Shown: positions 7,606-15,982 of the stretch, piece by piece
How positions within the stretch are numbered: position 1 is the first letter of the stretch
How the letters are laid out: each line of letters begins with the position of its first letter
IMG/VR virus record: IMGVR_UViG_3300045988_097833
Strand: one strand, 5' to 3'
DNA from: a virus
Length of the DNA: 36,291 nt
The notes under the pieces: generated by a model
Seen by the model: only the letters and a program-made list of their open reading frames with translations
Told to the model about the DNA's origin: nothing
The model's database searches: none
Translations under genes and position numbers: made by a program

Positions 7606-9894
7606 TTACTTCGCCCCCATTCTGGTTGTGATGCGTGCGTTTTTGGCGATGCGGAGGATGGTGTCGAGGTCTTCGACGTGGTCGACGTAGACGGTGGTGT
7701 TGTAGGTATCGCCGGAGGTGTAGCGCGTTTCGCTGGCCGTCTGGATGCGCGAGCCGGAGGGGAGATAGATCCGCTCGAGGCCGTTCTCGTTGACCCGCGT
7801 CCAGCCGCCAGACCAGTTGTCCGTGCCGGCGGCGTTGCCGCGAAGCTTTTTGATATATTCCTGCACCCAGAGATCCTGCGACTTTCCGAGCACGGAGCTG
7901 TCACCCGAGCGAACGAGCGATTCATACTGCGCGTTGGCGTAGGCCTCCATGTTGCCGTAGGCTTTGCCGGTGTCGGTGTCGAAGTAGCTGCCGTAGCCGT
8001 TGGCGGCGGTGGTCCGGTTGGTGTCCTGCTGCATCCACTTGGTGTTCAGGCGCTGGAAGTTCGACATCTGGCCCTTGCTGTAGTTCAGGCCAAGCGCTGT
8101 GCCCATCTTGTTGAAATCGAGCGTCAGCAGCCCGGACAGGAAGTCCCCGGCGTCGGCAATGGCTGCCATGACCTCCGACAGCGGGCGCAGCGCCTTCGTC
8201 AGAGCCGGGACCTTGTCATTGGACAGGGTATCCATCGGATTGATGATCTCGCCCGCCGTCTCGAGCAGCATGCCGAAGGAGTCGACCAGCCCTGACTGCT
8301 GCAGTACATCGCCGATATACTTGATGCCGTTGGTGACATCTCCGTAGAATTCTTCCAGGTACGGGGCGAACTCAGCGGAAAGCTGATTCTTGACGCCTTC
8401 CTGCGTGTTCTGTAGGCGGGCGTAGGCGTCGTCGACGCCCTGCAGGGATTTGAGCGCGTCGTTGTCAAGGACATAGCCCATATCATGCGCTTCCTGCGCG
8501 TAAGCCCGCATTTTCTCAACGCCGAGGTCGATGAGCGGATTGAGCTCCTGCGCGGACTCGGACATGAGGTCCATGGCCAGCGCGTCCCGCTCGGTCTGGT
8601 TCTTCATGTCGCCGAGCGCGTCGATGGTGTCAAGAAAAACGGCCTGCGCGCTGCGGAGGCTGCCGTCGGCGTTGGTGATCTCGACGCGCAGCTGCTTGTA
8701 CGCCTCATAGGCGTCGCCGGTGCCGGTCGCGGCCTCCTGCATTTTGTTGGTGGTCTCTTTGAGGCTGTCCTTGATGCGGTCAAAGGAGACGTCCGTGAGG
8801 TCGGCCATGTAGTTGAGCTCCTGCACGGAGTCGGTTGTCGTGCCGGTCACGGAGGCCAGCGTCAGCAGATCGTCGGCGTTTGAGGCGGCTTCCTTCGTCA
8901 TAGAGATCAGTGCCTTTTCAGCCTTGACAATCGCCGCGGCAACAGCGGCAAAGCCGCCCGCCAGCGCCAGCGACGAGGCGTCGAGGCTGCCCATGGCGTT
9001 CATGGACTGCTTCATGCTGTCCGGCAGCTGGATGCCGAGCTTGGACGTCAGGCCGTTCACCACGTCTCCGAGGTTGCCCATGCTCTGCTCGGCCTCCTCA
9101 GTTGCATCGGTGGTGTCCTCCACCTGCTCGGTGTTGCTTTTCAGCTGGCCGTTCAGTTTGTAAAGCTCTGTTTCCGCATTATAAAGGGCTTTCTGCCATT
9201 TACTTGTTTCTACAGAACCGAATCCGTATTTCTCCGCAGCTTCGTCAAGGCCTGCACTCAAAAGATCGATCTTGTCATACTGCAAACTGATCTTTTGTGT
9301 CAGAAGCTCCGTCTTTGCTGCAGCCAATGCCGCTGATTCAGCATCATCCGCGTATTTTGCCGCGACTTTCTGCATTTCCGCATCCAGTACCTCAATGCTG
9401 GCGCTGACCCTGTCGACCGATTCTTTATATTTCTGTTCCTTGTCTCCGTTCAGGCTTTGTTCCAATTCTCCGGTTCGCTCGGCTAGATCCTTCAGTCCAT
9501 CCGAAAAATTGTCGGCAGCACCGCCGGCCGCCTCCAGCTTAGATGTATTATCAGCCAATGCACGCTCCATTTTCACAAGAGCGGCCTCGGCGTTATTCAG
9601 CTGCTGCTGGTATTTTTGGGTCGTTGTGTCGGATATACCATAGGCCTTAGCAGACTTCTGCAGCATCTCCTGTAGCTGCTCGACCTTCTCGCGCTGCGTC
9701 AGGATCTTTTGGTTCAGAACCTCGTTGATCTCCGTCAGGCCCTTGATGCTGTTTTCGTTTTCGGAATAGGTTGTGTTAAGCAGTTTGATCTTGCTGTCCA
9801 GCGTTCCAAGCGCGGCATTGATCTCGGAGACCCGCTGTTTGTACTCGGCTTCGCCGTCCAGTTTGATTTTTGTGCTAATGGTGGCGTCAGCCAT
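7606..9894 (-). CDS. Tail tape measure protein
   Basis: 762 aa with long coiled-coil stretches and a hydrophobic central segment (LALAGGFAAVAAAIV). It sits after the chaperone frameshift pair. Confidence 0.9.
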   Translation of the reverse strand: MADATISTKIKLDGEAEYKQRVSEINAALGTLDSKIKLLNTTYSENENSIKGLTEINEVLNQKILTQREKVEQLQEMLQKSAKAYGISDTTTQKYQQQLNNAEAALVKMERALADNTSKLEAAGGAADNFSDGLKDLAERTGELEQSLNGDKEQKYKESVDRVSASIEVLDAEMQKVAAKYADDAESAALAAAKTELLTQKISLQYDKIDLLSAGLDEAAEKYGFGSVETSKWQKALYNAETELYKLNGQLKSNTEQVEDTTDATEEAEQSMGNLGDVVNGLTSKLGIQLPDSMKQSMNAMGSLDASSLALAGGFAAVAAAIVKAEKALISMTKEAASNADDLLTLASVTGTTTDSVQELNYMADLTDVSFDRIKDSLKETTNKMQEAATGTGDAYEAYKQLRVEITNADGSLRSAQAVFLDTIDALGDMKNQTERDALAMDLMSESAQELNPLIDLGVEKMRAYAQEAHDMGYVLDNDALKSLQGVDDAYARLQNTQEGVKNQLSAEFAPYLEEFYGDVTNGIKYIGDVLQQSGLVDSFGMLLETAGEIINPMDTLSNDKVPALTKALRPLSEVMAAIADAGDFLSGLLTLDFNKMGTALGLNYSKGQMSNFQRLNTKWMQQDTNRTTAANGYGSYFDTDTGKAYGNMEAYANAQYESLVRSGDSSVLGKSQDLWVQEYIKKLRGNAAGTDNWSGGWTRVNENGLERIYLPSGSRIQTASETRYTSGDTYNTTVYVDHVEDLDTILRIAKNARITTRMGAK

Positions 9895-10162
9895 TTAAAG
9901 CCCCCCTGATACAAGATAGTCGTGCAACGACAAGCCGGACGGCTGATCCAGATCGACATATCTGCCGCCTGGCATTGCCTGAGATGCAGACCGGCGCGGC
10001 GTGGCAAGGGAAAAGTATTCCCGATAGATTGCCATGCACCGCGCCGGCGTCATCGTCCTCCAAAATACAGCCTCATCGTTGTGCAGGACGTTGATCCAAA
10101 TGTTTAGGTACCACGCGAATCGGATGCTGTAGGGTTCGGCTGCGTGGTCTGTTCTTTTTTTT
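9895..10162 (-). CDS. -1 frame extension of the tail assembly chaperone (gpT-like part of a G/GT pair)
   Basis: Hand translation of the -1 frame from the A-run is open to TAA 9897..9895: ...RTDHAAEPYSIRFAWYLNIWINVLHNDEAVFWRTMTPARCMAIYREYFSLATPRRSASQAMPGGRYVDLDQPSGLSLHDYLVSGGL. There is no start codon of its own, and the stop abuts the TMP ATG. Confidence 0.75.
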
Positions 10163-10529
10163 CGTCGGATTCCTCCGACTGGTTCCCGGCCGGCTGAGCT
10201 TCGCCCGGACGCTCCGTGTCCGGTTCATAGATCGCCTGAAAGGTCATTTCAATGATTCTGTCTGCGATCTCACCGAAGCGCTTGGCCGTCATCATCTTGC
10301 CGACATCGCGGCTCGTGAAACGCTCCGGCCAGCCCTGGTCGTAGGCGTACTCATTCATGGCGGCGGCCACTGTCTCAAAGATGTTTTTCATGGTCCGCTT
10401 CCGGGACAGCAGCGGGTCGAGCGTACCGCCGTGCAGTTCCTGCAGGTCTGCCAGGACGTTCATGTTGACGTAAAGCTGATAGATTTTCCCGTCGTACTCA
10501 AACGGCAGGGGTTTCGGCTGTAGGTACAT
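10104..10529 (-). CDS. Tail assembly chaperone (gpG-like)
   Basis: 141 aa with an acidic C-terminus, located between the major tail protein and the TMP. SD AAGGAGG. Confidence 0.8.
   Translation of the reverse strand: MYLQPKPLPFEYDGKIYQLYVNMNVLADLQELHGGTLDPLLSRKRTMKNIFETVAAAMNEYAYDQGWPERFTSRDVGKMMTAKRFGEIADRIIEMTFQAIYEPDTERPGEAQPAGNQSEESDEKKEQTTQPNPTASDSRGT
10155..10161 (-). promoter_or_regulatory. Slippery heptamer A_AAA_AAA for the -1 programmed frameshift
   Basis: The zero frame reads GAA AAA AAA GAA (E K K E). The run of 8 A (T on the plus strand, 10155..10162) sits at the right distance from the chaperone stop. Confidence 0.7.
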
Positions 10530-10540
10530 GACCGGCCTCC

Positions 10541-11122
10541 TTATGCAGTCTTGCCGAGGACAGCATCGCAGTATGCTTTGGCATCCTCTTCGGAGTCGCA
10601 GGTGGCAATCTCGACAAGATTGTCAAGTGCATCGACAAGGAATTCACCCGACGTCACCGGCGTGTTGAACGTGATGTTTTCGCCGAGGGTCTGGTAGGTG
10701 TGGCTGGGCGGGCCGAAGAGCGCGCGGCCGATAAAGATGCAGGTAAACTTCTCCACGCCGTCGATCATGTCGGGCGCGTAGAACGAGACACCGACGTACT
10801 GGCTGGTGGATGTCTTGCCGTACCGGATCACGCTGATAGATTTTGTCTTGACGGATCTGGTCGTCTTGACGGCCTTGTACAGCAGCACCTGTGCGGCCTC
10901 GGTGATATATTTGACGCCGAGCGAGATCGTGCCGCCGGTCGCCTTGCGCATATACTCAGCAAGGGAACTTTCGGCATACAGGCGACCTTCGGCGTTGCGC
11001 AGCTCGAAGTTTGCCGTCATGGCGTCGCCGACCTTTGTGACATCACTGTAGGTCACAGTGTTGTCAGAATCGGACTTGGTATATTTTGCGGCCTGAATGT
11101 ACCGCAGATCATATGCAGGCAT
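10541..11122 (-). CDS. Major tail protein
   Basis: 193 aa, positioned upstream of the chaperone and TMP. Resembles phi13-type major tail proteins (recalled). SD AAGGAGGGG. Confidence 0.8.
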   Translation of the reverse strand: MPAYDLRYIQAAKYTKSDSDNTVTYSDVTKVGDAMTANFELRNAEGRLYAESSLAEYMRKATGGTISLGVKYITEAAQVLLYKAVKTTRSVKTKSISVIRYGKTSTSQYVGVSFYAPDMIDGVEKFTCIFIGRALFGPPSHTYQTLGENITFNTPVTSGEFLVDALDNLVEIATCDSEEDAKAYCDAVLGKTA

Positions 11123-11132
11123 AAGCCCCTCC

Positions 11133-11579
11133 TTATTTGTTCAAAATCTTCAAAGCTTCTTTGCGCATAGCCTCGTTCGAGGCGTCGCGCGCAGCCTTGA
11201 CCGCTTGCGTCCAGTAATAGTCCGCCTTGATCGCGCCGCCCCTGCGCTTCCACGCCCGATGCGCCTTGCGGCCGTAATTGAGAACAAAGCCCTTGACGTT
11301 ATACGGCTGCTGCCGTTTATCCTTCCCGCGCAGCGTGACGACCATATACGGGATATCCTGCTTGTCGCGCTTGACCGTATTGGGCCGGACGATGTGCCGA
11401 AAAGTTTCTCCGGTCCGGCGATTGTGGCCGGCAGCAACATAAGCAGATTTTACACTGGCCAGCACCGTATCCGCACCGGCAGACAGGATCGTTTTCAGAT
11501 TCTCATCAGTGAAAAGTCTGTCTGCCTTGAGTTCCCTGATGATGTCCTGCGCCTTTACTTCGGCTTCAAACTCCGCCAT
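11133..11579 (-). CDS. Tail completion / neck protein (HK97 gp10-like)
   Basis: 148 aa in a conserved position. Basic C-terminal half with YNVKGFVLNYG...RRGGAIKADYYW. Confidence 0.65.
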   Translation of the reverse strand: MAEFEAEVKAQDIIRELKADRLFTDENLKTILSAGADTVLASVKSAYVAAGHNRRTGETFRHIVRPNTVKRDKQDIPYMVVTLRGKDKRQQPYNVKGFVLNYGRKAHRAWKRRGGAIKADYYWTQAVKAARDASNEAMRKEALKILNK

Positions 11580-11580
11580 T

Positions 11581-11904
11581 TCAGATCACCTCAAATGGGA
11601 TATCCGTGTAGTACGTCATAGTCGACTCATCAAAACTCTGCTCATCCTGCCCGACCGCAACACGGCTGGCAATGAGCGCCGCAATGATCTGCGCCGGAAG
11701 CGGATCGTTTTCCGTCTGCGTGGCCACTGTGACGACGCCAAGCTTGACTGTGCAGATCGGCGCGCCCTCTGCCCGCTCCGACCGCGTGCCGGTCGGAGTC
11801 CAGACGACATAGCGCTCCTCACTCGGACTTGCCTGGACCTTATAGACATTAACGCCATCCGGGACGGCAGTGTCCAAAATGGACTCAATCCTCGAATAGC
11901 TCAT
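11581..11904 (-). CDS. Head-tail joining region protein, hypothetical
   Basis: 107 aa, SD GGAGGG, overlaps the upstream gene by 20 nt. Confidence 0.6.
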   Translation of the reverse strand: MSYSRIESILDTAVPDGVNVYKVQASPSEERYVVWTPTGTRSERAEGAPICTVKLGVVTVATQTENDPLPAQIIAALIASRVAVGQDEQSFDESTMTYYTDIPFEVI

Positions 11905-12235
11905 TTTTTCCCTCCGGCTCGGTCAGGCTCAGCGTTGTACACGGCAGACCGTTGTCATCATATCCATACTGCGCCTGATCGATCTTGTAGATGTGGCGGC
12001 CCTCGTAGCCCGTCAGGCTGACATACTGGTCGGAAGTGATCGGCGGCTCATCCATGCTGCGCGGGACGCAGACAAGCTTGACGATCTTGCTGTTGGCCTG
12101 CTTTCCGGCGTAGTAGCGCGAGGCATAAACCTCCTGCTCGGCATAATAGTACGGCGTGCCGGGGCCGAGCTTTGCCAGCAGAGGAGACGAGCCGGGGCGC
12201 AGGTCGTGGACGTCGAGGATCTGATCATAGATCAT
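11885..12235 (-). CDS. Head closure / head-tail adaptor protein
   Basis: 116 aa, SD GGGAGGTGA, position and size typical of this family. Confidence 0.65.
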   Translation of the reverse strand: MIYDQILDVHDLRPGSSPLLAKLGPGTPYYYAEQEVYASRYYAGKQANSKIVKLVCVPRSMDEPPITSDQYVSLTGYEGRHIYKIDQAQYGYDDNGLPCTTLSLTEPEGKNELFED

Positions 12236-12540
12236 GGCGTCACCTCCCGCATCTTCTGCTGCAGCAGCTTATCGTGCAGATACGATTTGAGGCCGGACGG
12301 CAGCGGAGTGTCCGCGGTCGTGGCGCGGCTGCGGTACATCCATGCGGCGACGCGGGCGATGAGGCCGTTATCCTCATCGCTCGCGGGATCAAGCGTAATA
12401 CCTTTGGTTTCGATGTATCGGGCAGCCTGCGCAAGCAGGTTGCCCAGATATGCGGCCTGATCGTCACTGATCCGCATCAGGCCGAGATCCACGCAAAGCA
12501 GGTCAAGCTGCTGCGACGTGTTCGCACAAGGCTCAGACAA
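12232..12540 (-). CDS. Head-tail connector (gp6-like)
   Basis: 102 aa. TTG start 8 nt after GGAGG. Motif LMRISDDQAAYLGNLLAQAARYIE is typical of gp6-like connectors. Confidence 0.7.
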   Translation of the reverse strand: MSEPCANTSQQLDLLCVDLGLMRISDDQAAYLGNLLAQAARYIETKGITLDPASDEDNGLIARVAAWMYRSRATTADTPLPSGLKSYLHDKLLQQKMREVTP

Positions 12541-12557
12541 TCAGGCCGCCTCCTTCC

Positions 12558-14228
12558 TTACGCGCCGGCCGTGCAGGTCGCAGAGCCGAGCTTGACAGCC
12601 TTGCCGCTGGCGTCGATCTCGACGACCGTGATGACGTTCCCGGTCGCGGCCGCGACCGAAGCGCCGGAGGTCATTGCCGTCCAGCTGGCATCCAGCTTCT
12701 CACCGGCCTCGACCGACAGCGGAGCGCCTGCGAGCTTATAGCGGAGCTTGTTCGCGCTGGCATTGCCTGCGACCGTAACGGTCGTCTTGCCGGACGCCCC
12801 GGCCGCCGTCGTGACGATCAGGGTGCCAAGCCCTTCGTTGGCGTAGTCGACGCCGAACGTGGCAGTCGTCTTCGGCGCGGTATTTTTGTAGTTGAACAGC
12901 ACGAACGCTTCGCCGATCGCCGGCTTGCCGTCGTAGCGGGCAAGGCCCTTGAAGCAGGTCATGTTCTGGAGCCACTTGACACTCGCGTTGGAATCAATGA
13001 CCATGCCCTCACGCTGGGCCAGACTGTACAGCGAGCCGAAGCCGCCGCAGACGTCATAGTCCTGCATGAAATCAAGCTCAACAAACGTGCCGCCGATGAC
13101 GGGCATCGTGTCGCTGACACCGGCGACCAGAGCGGCGGCCGAGTTAAAGTTCAGGCTGCGCGCCACGATGTCGAGGTGCGTCTTGCGGTTGCAGAACCAC
13201 ACAGCCCGGCCGTCCGAGTAGTTCGGGGACGGGACGCCGGTCGCCTCGCAGAGCTTCTGGAAAAATTCTTCGCCGTACTTTGCGCCGAGATCCAGCTTGA
13301 GGATGTGGCTCTCGTGCAGATCGGTAAACGCACCCTGATTTGCGCCCCACCACTCCGGCTTAGAAGATGCGGCCAGACGGGTAATGATACCGACGGGCAT
13401 CTTGGTGCCGGTGCCGTAGATGCAGGACTTATCCAGTGCCTTTGCGTTGGACGCGGCCAAATACTGCATGATGGTGGTCAGCAGGGCAAGGTCCGTGTCG
13501 TCGGACAGCACATAGTTCGGCAGGGCGATGTAGCCGCCGACCATAAAGCCGTCCATGGTCAGCTGGTAGAAGTTGATATCCAGCTCATTCATGGCGGCGT
13601 CCATTTCCGTCCAGATGGCTTCCGGAGCGACACCTGCGATGTTCTGACGGCTGGTGCCGCCAACTGTCATCACGGAAATGTACGGCAGGACGCGGGACGA
13701 CTGATAGGTCAGGTCGCGCAGGATGGGCAGCAGGTTGTCGGGAATACCGAGTTCTGCGCCGCTGACGCTGCGCTGCGACGCGCGAAGCGCGCGGATGTTG
13801 GACAGGAAATCGCGGGTCTCGGGAGCCTGCAGAAGAGCGTCACGCTCCTGGTAGGTCAGGCCGAGCCAACGGCGCTCGGGGTTGGTCATGGGCATGGTGT
13901 TATTACTCCTTTCTTCCGCCGGTGCTGCCGGCTGGCCTGCCGCCGGAGGCGGCGTCTGGGCAGCCTCAAGGCTGCGGATTTCTTCGGTTGTTGCGTCAAT
14001 GCGGGCCTGCAGTTCTGCGATGGCCACGACGTTTGCGTTTCGCTGATTCTCAAATTCGTCGATTGCGGCGTCGACAGCGGCGCGGTCCTCTTCGGTCTGC
14101 GCGGCGGCGATATCCGCCTCAAGCTCATGCTCACGGGCCGCGAAGCTGTCGCGCTCACTGACCAGCGTTTCCATCTGCGCCTGCATGCTGCGCAGATCCT
14201 GCTGGCGTCTCAGGATTTTAAGTGCCAT
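12558..14228 (-). CDS. Major capsid protein, HK97 fold, with a C-terminal Ig-like extension
   Basis: ATG 14228 follows GGAGG; the longer track start at 14321 overlaps the protease gene. N-terminal coiled-coil delta-like region, then a capsid core. The last ~85 aa (TLIVTTAAGASGKTTVTVAG...) look like a Big_2-type domain. Confidence 0.9.
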   Translation of the reverse strand: MALKILRRQQDLRSMQAQMETLVSERDSFAAREHELEADIAAAQTEEDRAAVDAAIDEFENQRNANVVAIAELQARIDATTEEIRSLEAAQTPPPAAGQPAAPAEERSNNTMPMTNPERRWLGLTYQERDALLQAPETRDFLSNIRALRASQRSVSGAELGIPDNLLPILRDLTYQSSRVLPYISVMTVGGTSRQNIAGVAPEAIWTEMDAAMNELDINFYQLTMDGFMVGGYIALPNYVLSDDTDLALLTTIMQYLAASNAKALDKSCIYGTGTKMPVGIITRLAASSKPEWWGANQGAFTDLHESHILKLDLGAKYGEEFFQKLCEATGVPSPNYSDGRAVWFCNRKTHLDIVARSLNFNSAAALVAGVSDTMPVIGGTFVELDFMQDYDVCGGFGSLYSLAQREGMVIDSNASVKWLQNMTCFKGLARYDGKPAIGEAFVLFNYKNTAPKTTATFGVDYANEGLGTLIVTTAAGASGKTTVTVAGNASANKLRYKLAGAPLSVEAGEKLDASWTAMTSGASVAAATGNVITVVEIDASGKAVKLGSATCTAGA

Positions 14229-14808
14229 TGTTACCTCCAAGTTTCTTTCTTGCCGACGCGCGCCATGCTTCGCAGCGACGCCGGTTGATTTCCTCCAGAT
14301 CATGCTTGCGGGCCGACACACTCGTTTCGGTGTACGCCGGGAATGTGCAGACGCTTACCTCGTACAGCGGGTCTACCTCCTCAATCTCCCAACGATACTT
14401 GCCGCCGCCAAGATCAACAAAGGTCTCGCGCTTAATTTCAAAGCCAAAGCTGCACTGATCGACGTCGCCGCGCTGGACCCGCGCGTACAGATCCATCGCC
14501 GCGCTGTCCTGCCGGTTGACCTTGACAGATCCCCACAGGCCGCGGGTATCCTGCCGCAGCGTCAGTGTGCCGGACTTCGTGCGGCCGAGCACAAGCGTGG
14601 TGTTGTGGTTGATAAGGGCGCGGACATCGCCGGAAATGCTGGCGTCAAAAGCGCCGGGCTTGACGATCTCGCTTGCGCCCTCCCAGAGTGGATACTCCGA
14701 GTTAAAGACGGCAAAGTAGCCCTCAATATAGAGATCGTCAGCCGATTCGCGGGTTGTAAACTGCTGCGAGCAGCTGCGGATCTGGCGTGCAGTGCGCTCA
14801 TTCGCCAT
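14218..14808 (-). CDS. Prohead protease (HK97 / S78 family)
   Basis: 196 aa between the portal and capsid genes. YIEGYFAVFN...HN region typical of HK97 proteases. Confidence 0.85.
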   Translation of the reverse strand: MANERTARQIRSCSQQFTTRESADDLYIEGYFAVFNSEYPLWEGASEIVKPGAFDASISGDVRALINHNTTLVLGRTKSGTLTLRQDTRGLWGSVKVNRQDSAAMDLYARVQRGDVDQCSFGFEIKRETFVDLGGGKYRWEIEEVDPLYEVSVCTFPAYTETSVSARKHDLEEINRRRCEAWRASARKKLGGNNGT

Positions 14809-15982
14809 TGCCTTCGCCTCCTTGCTTCAATTTTTTCTGCTGGCCAATCATGTTAGCCGGGATATAGTTCTCAAGAATAACAAGCTCATCCAAACCATCA
14901 ACGGGAGACAGGTCCAACCAGTCGCGGCATTCGTTGCCGCGCATGAGCCCGCGAACATATAGAGAGCTGGAGACGTCGGCCAGATCCTTGAGCGTGTAGC
15001 TGTACAGTCGGCGGACAGACATTTTAAAATACCAGTCCGGGGACAGCAGAAGCTTGCGTGTCAGCTCCGAGCAGATAATGTTCGCGATGGATGTTGCCGT
15101 CGTCCGGATCATGTGGTTGTGATCGGCGTCGGAGTAGCTGCCGACACCCAGCATATACGGCGTCACGCCGACAATTGCCGCGACCTCACGTTTGTCCAGC
15201 TCAACGCCATCCTTGAGGGCGAGATCTGCAAGACTCAGCGGCTTGACCTGCTGAATGTCCATCAGATCCGCCGGGATGATCCACGGCGCACCGGCCTCGG
15301 AGTTCTGCAGATACTCGGTCATCAGCCGCTTACGGCCGGCCTCACTTGAAAACTCCTCGGACAGGCCGTCGACCTTGACAATGACAGACGGCTTCCACTT
15401 GTCGGACATAAAGCCCTTTTTTGTGGCGGACGCCTGCCGGAGATTGCCGGTCACGTCCCGCAGGCTCGCCCGAAGGCCAAGGCCAAGCCACGGCTGATCC
15501 GGATCCGGCCTGTATTTAAAGTGCAGCACCGTTGCAGGGTCATACATCTTGCCGCGCCATGTCACGTAGTAGGTCGCACCGCCGTCCGTGCTGGACGCCG
15601 TCGCGCCCGGCATCGGCGTCAGATCGGCAAGCAGGCCATCCCGCGTCTGCGGCAAGACAAAGGCGCTGCCGCATGGCGAAAGCAGCATTGTCTGCACGAT
15701 CCACTCGACCCAGTCTTTCCGACCGCCATACCGCCATGGATGGATATCGACAAACCGGCTGAGTTCGTTCCGGACGCGAACGTCACCGTTTTCCGCATTT
15801 CGGAACAGCTGGATTGTCGCGTTGCTGACGATGTCCGCCAGCCCTCCGACCGCCGCCAGGACATCCGGGCTGTCGATCAGCCGATGATATCCCGTCACAG
15901 CCAGCGTGTCAGAATTGGACACCAGCCACTGCAGACAGGACTGGTCGCTTGCAGCGCTGCGGCGCTGCGGTTTCACTTTCAA
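14798..15982 (-). CDS. Portal protein (HK97 family)
   Basis: 394 aa directly after the terminase. TTG start about 9 nt after GGAGG, overlapping the terminase stop. Confidence 0.85.
   Translation of the reverse strand: MKVKPQRRSAASDQSCLQWLVSNSDTLAVTGYHRLIDSPDVLAAVGGLADIVSNATIQLFRNAENGDVRVRNELSRFVDIHPWRYGGRKDWVEWIVQTMLLSPCGSAFVLPQTRDGLLADLTPMPGATASSTDGGATYYVTWRGKMYDPATVLHFKYRPDPDQPWLGLGLRASLRDVTGNLRQASATKKGFMSDKWKPSVIVKVDGLSEEFSSEAGRKRLMTEYLQNSEAGAPWIIPADLMDIQQVKPLSLADLALKDGVELDKREVAAIVGVTPYMLGVGSYSDADHNHMIRTTATSIANIICSELTRKLLLSPDWYFKMSVRRLYSYTLKDLADVSSSLYVRGLMRGNECRDWLDLSPVDGLDELVILENYIPANMIGQQKKLKQGGEGNGE

Noticed and set aside
9735-10007. Track ORF 9735..10007 in the gap between the chaperone and the tape measure
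   Set aside because: It lies in the chaperone zero frame after the stop, overlaps the TMP start by 160 nt and has an Arg/Cys-rich translation. The conserved-looking peptide in this gap is in the -1 frame instead (the frameshift extension).
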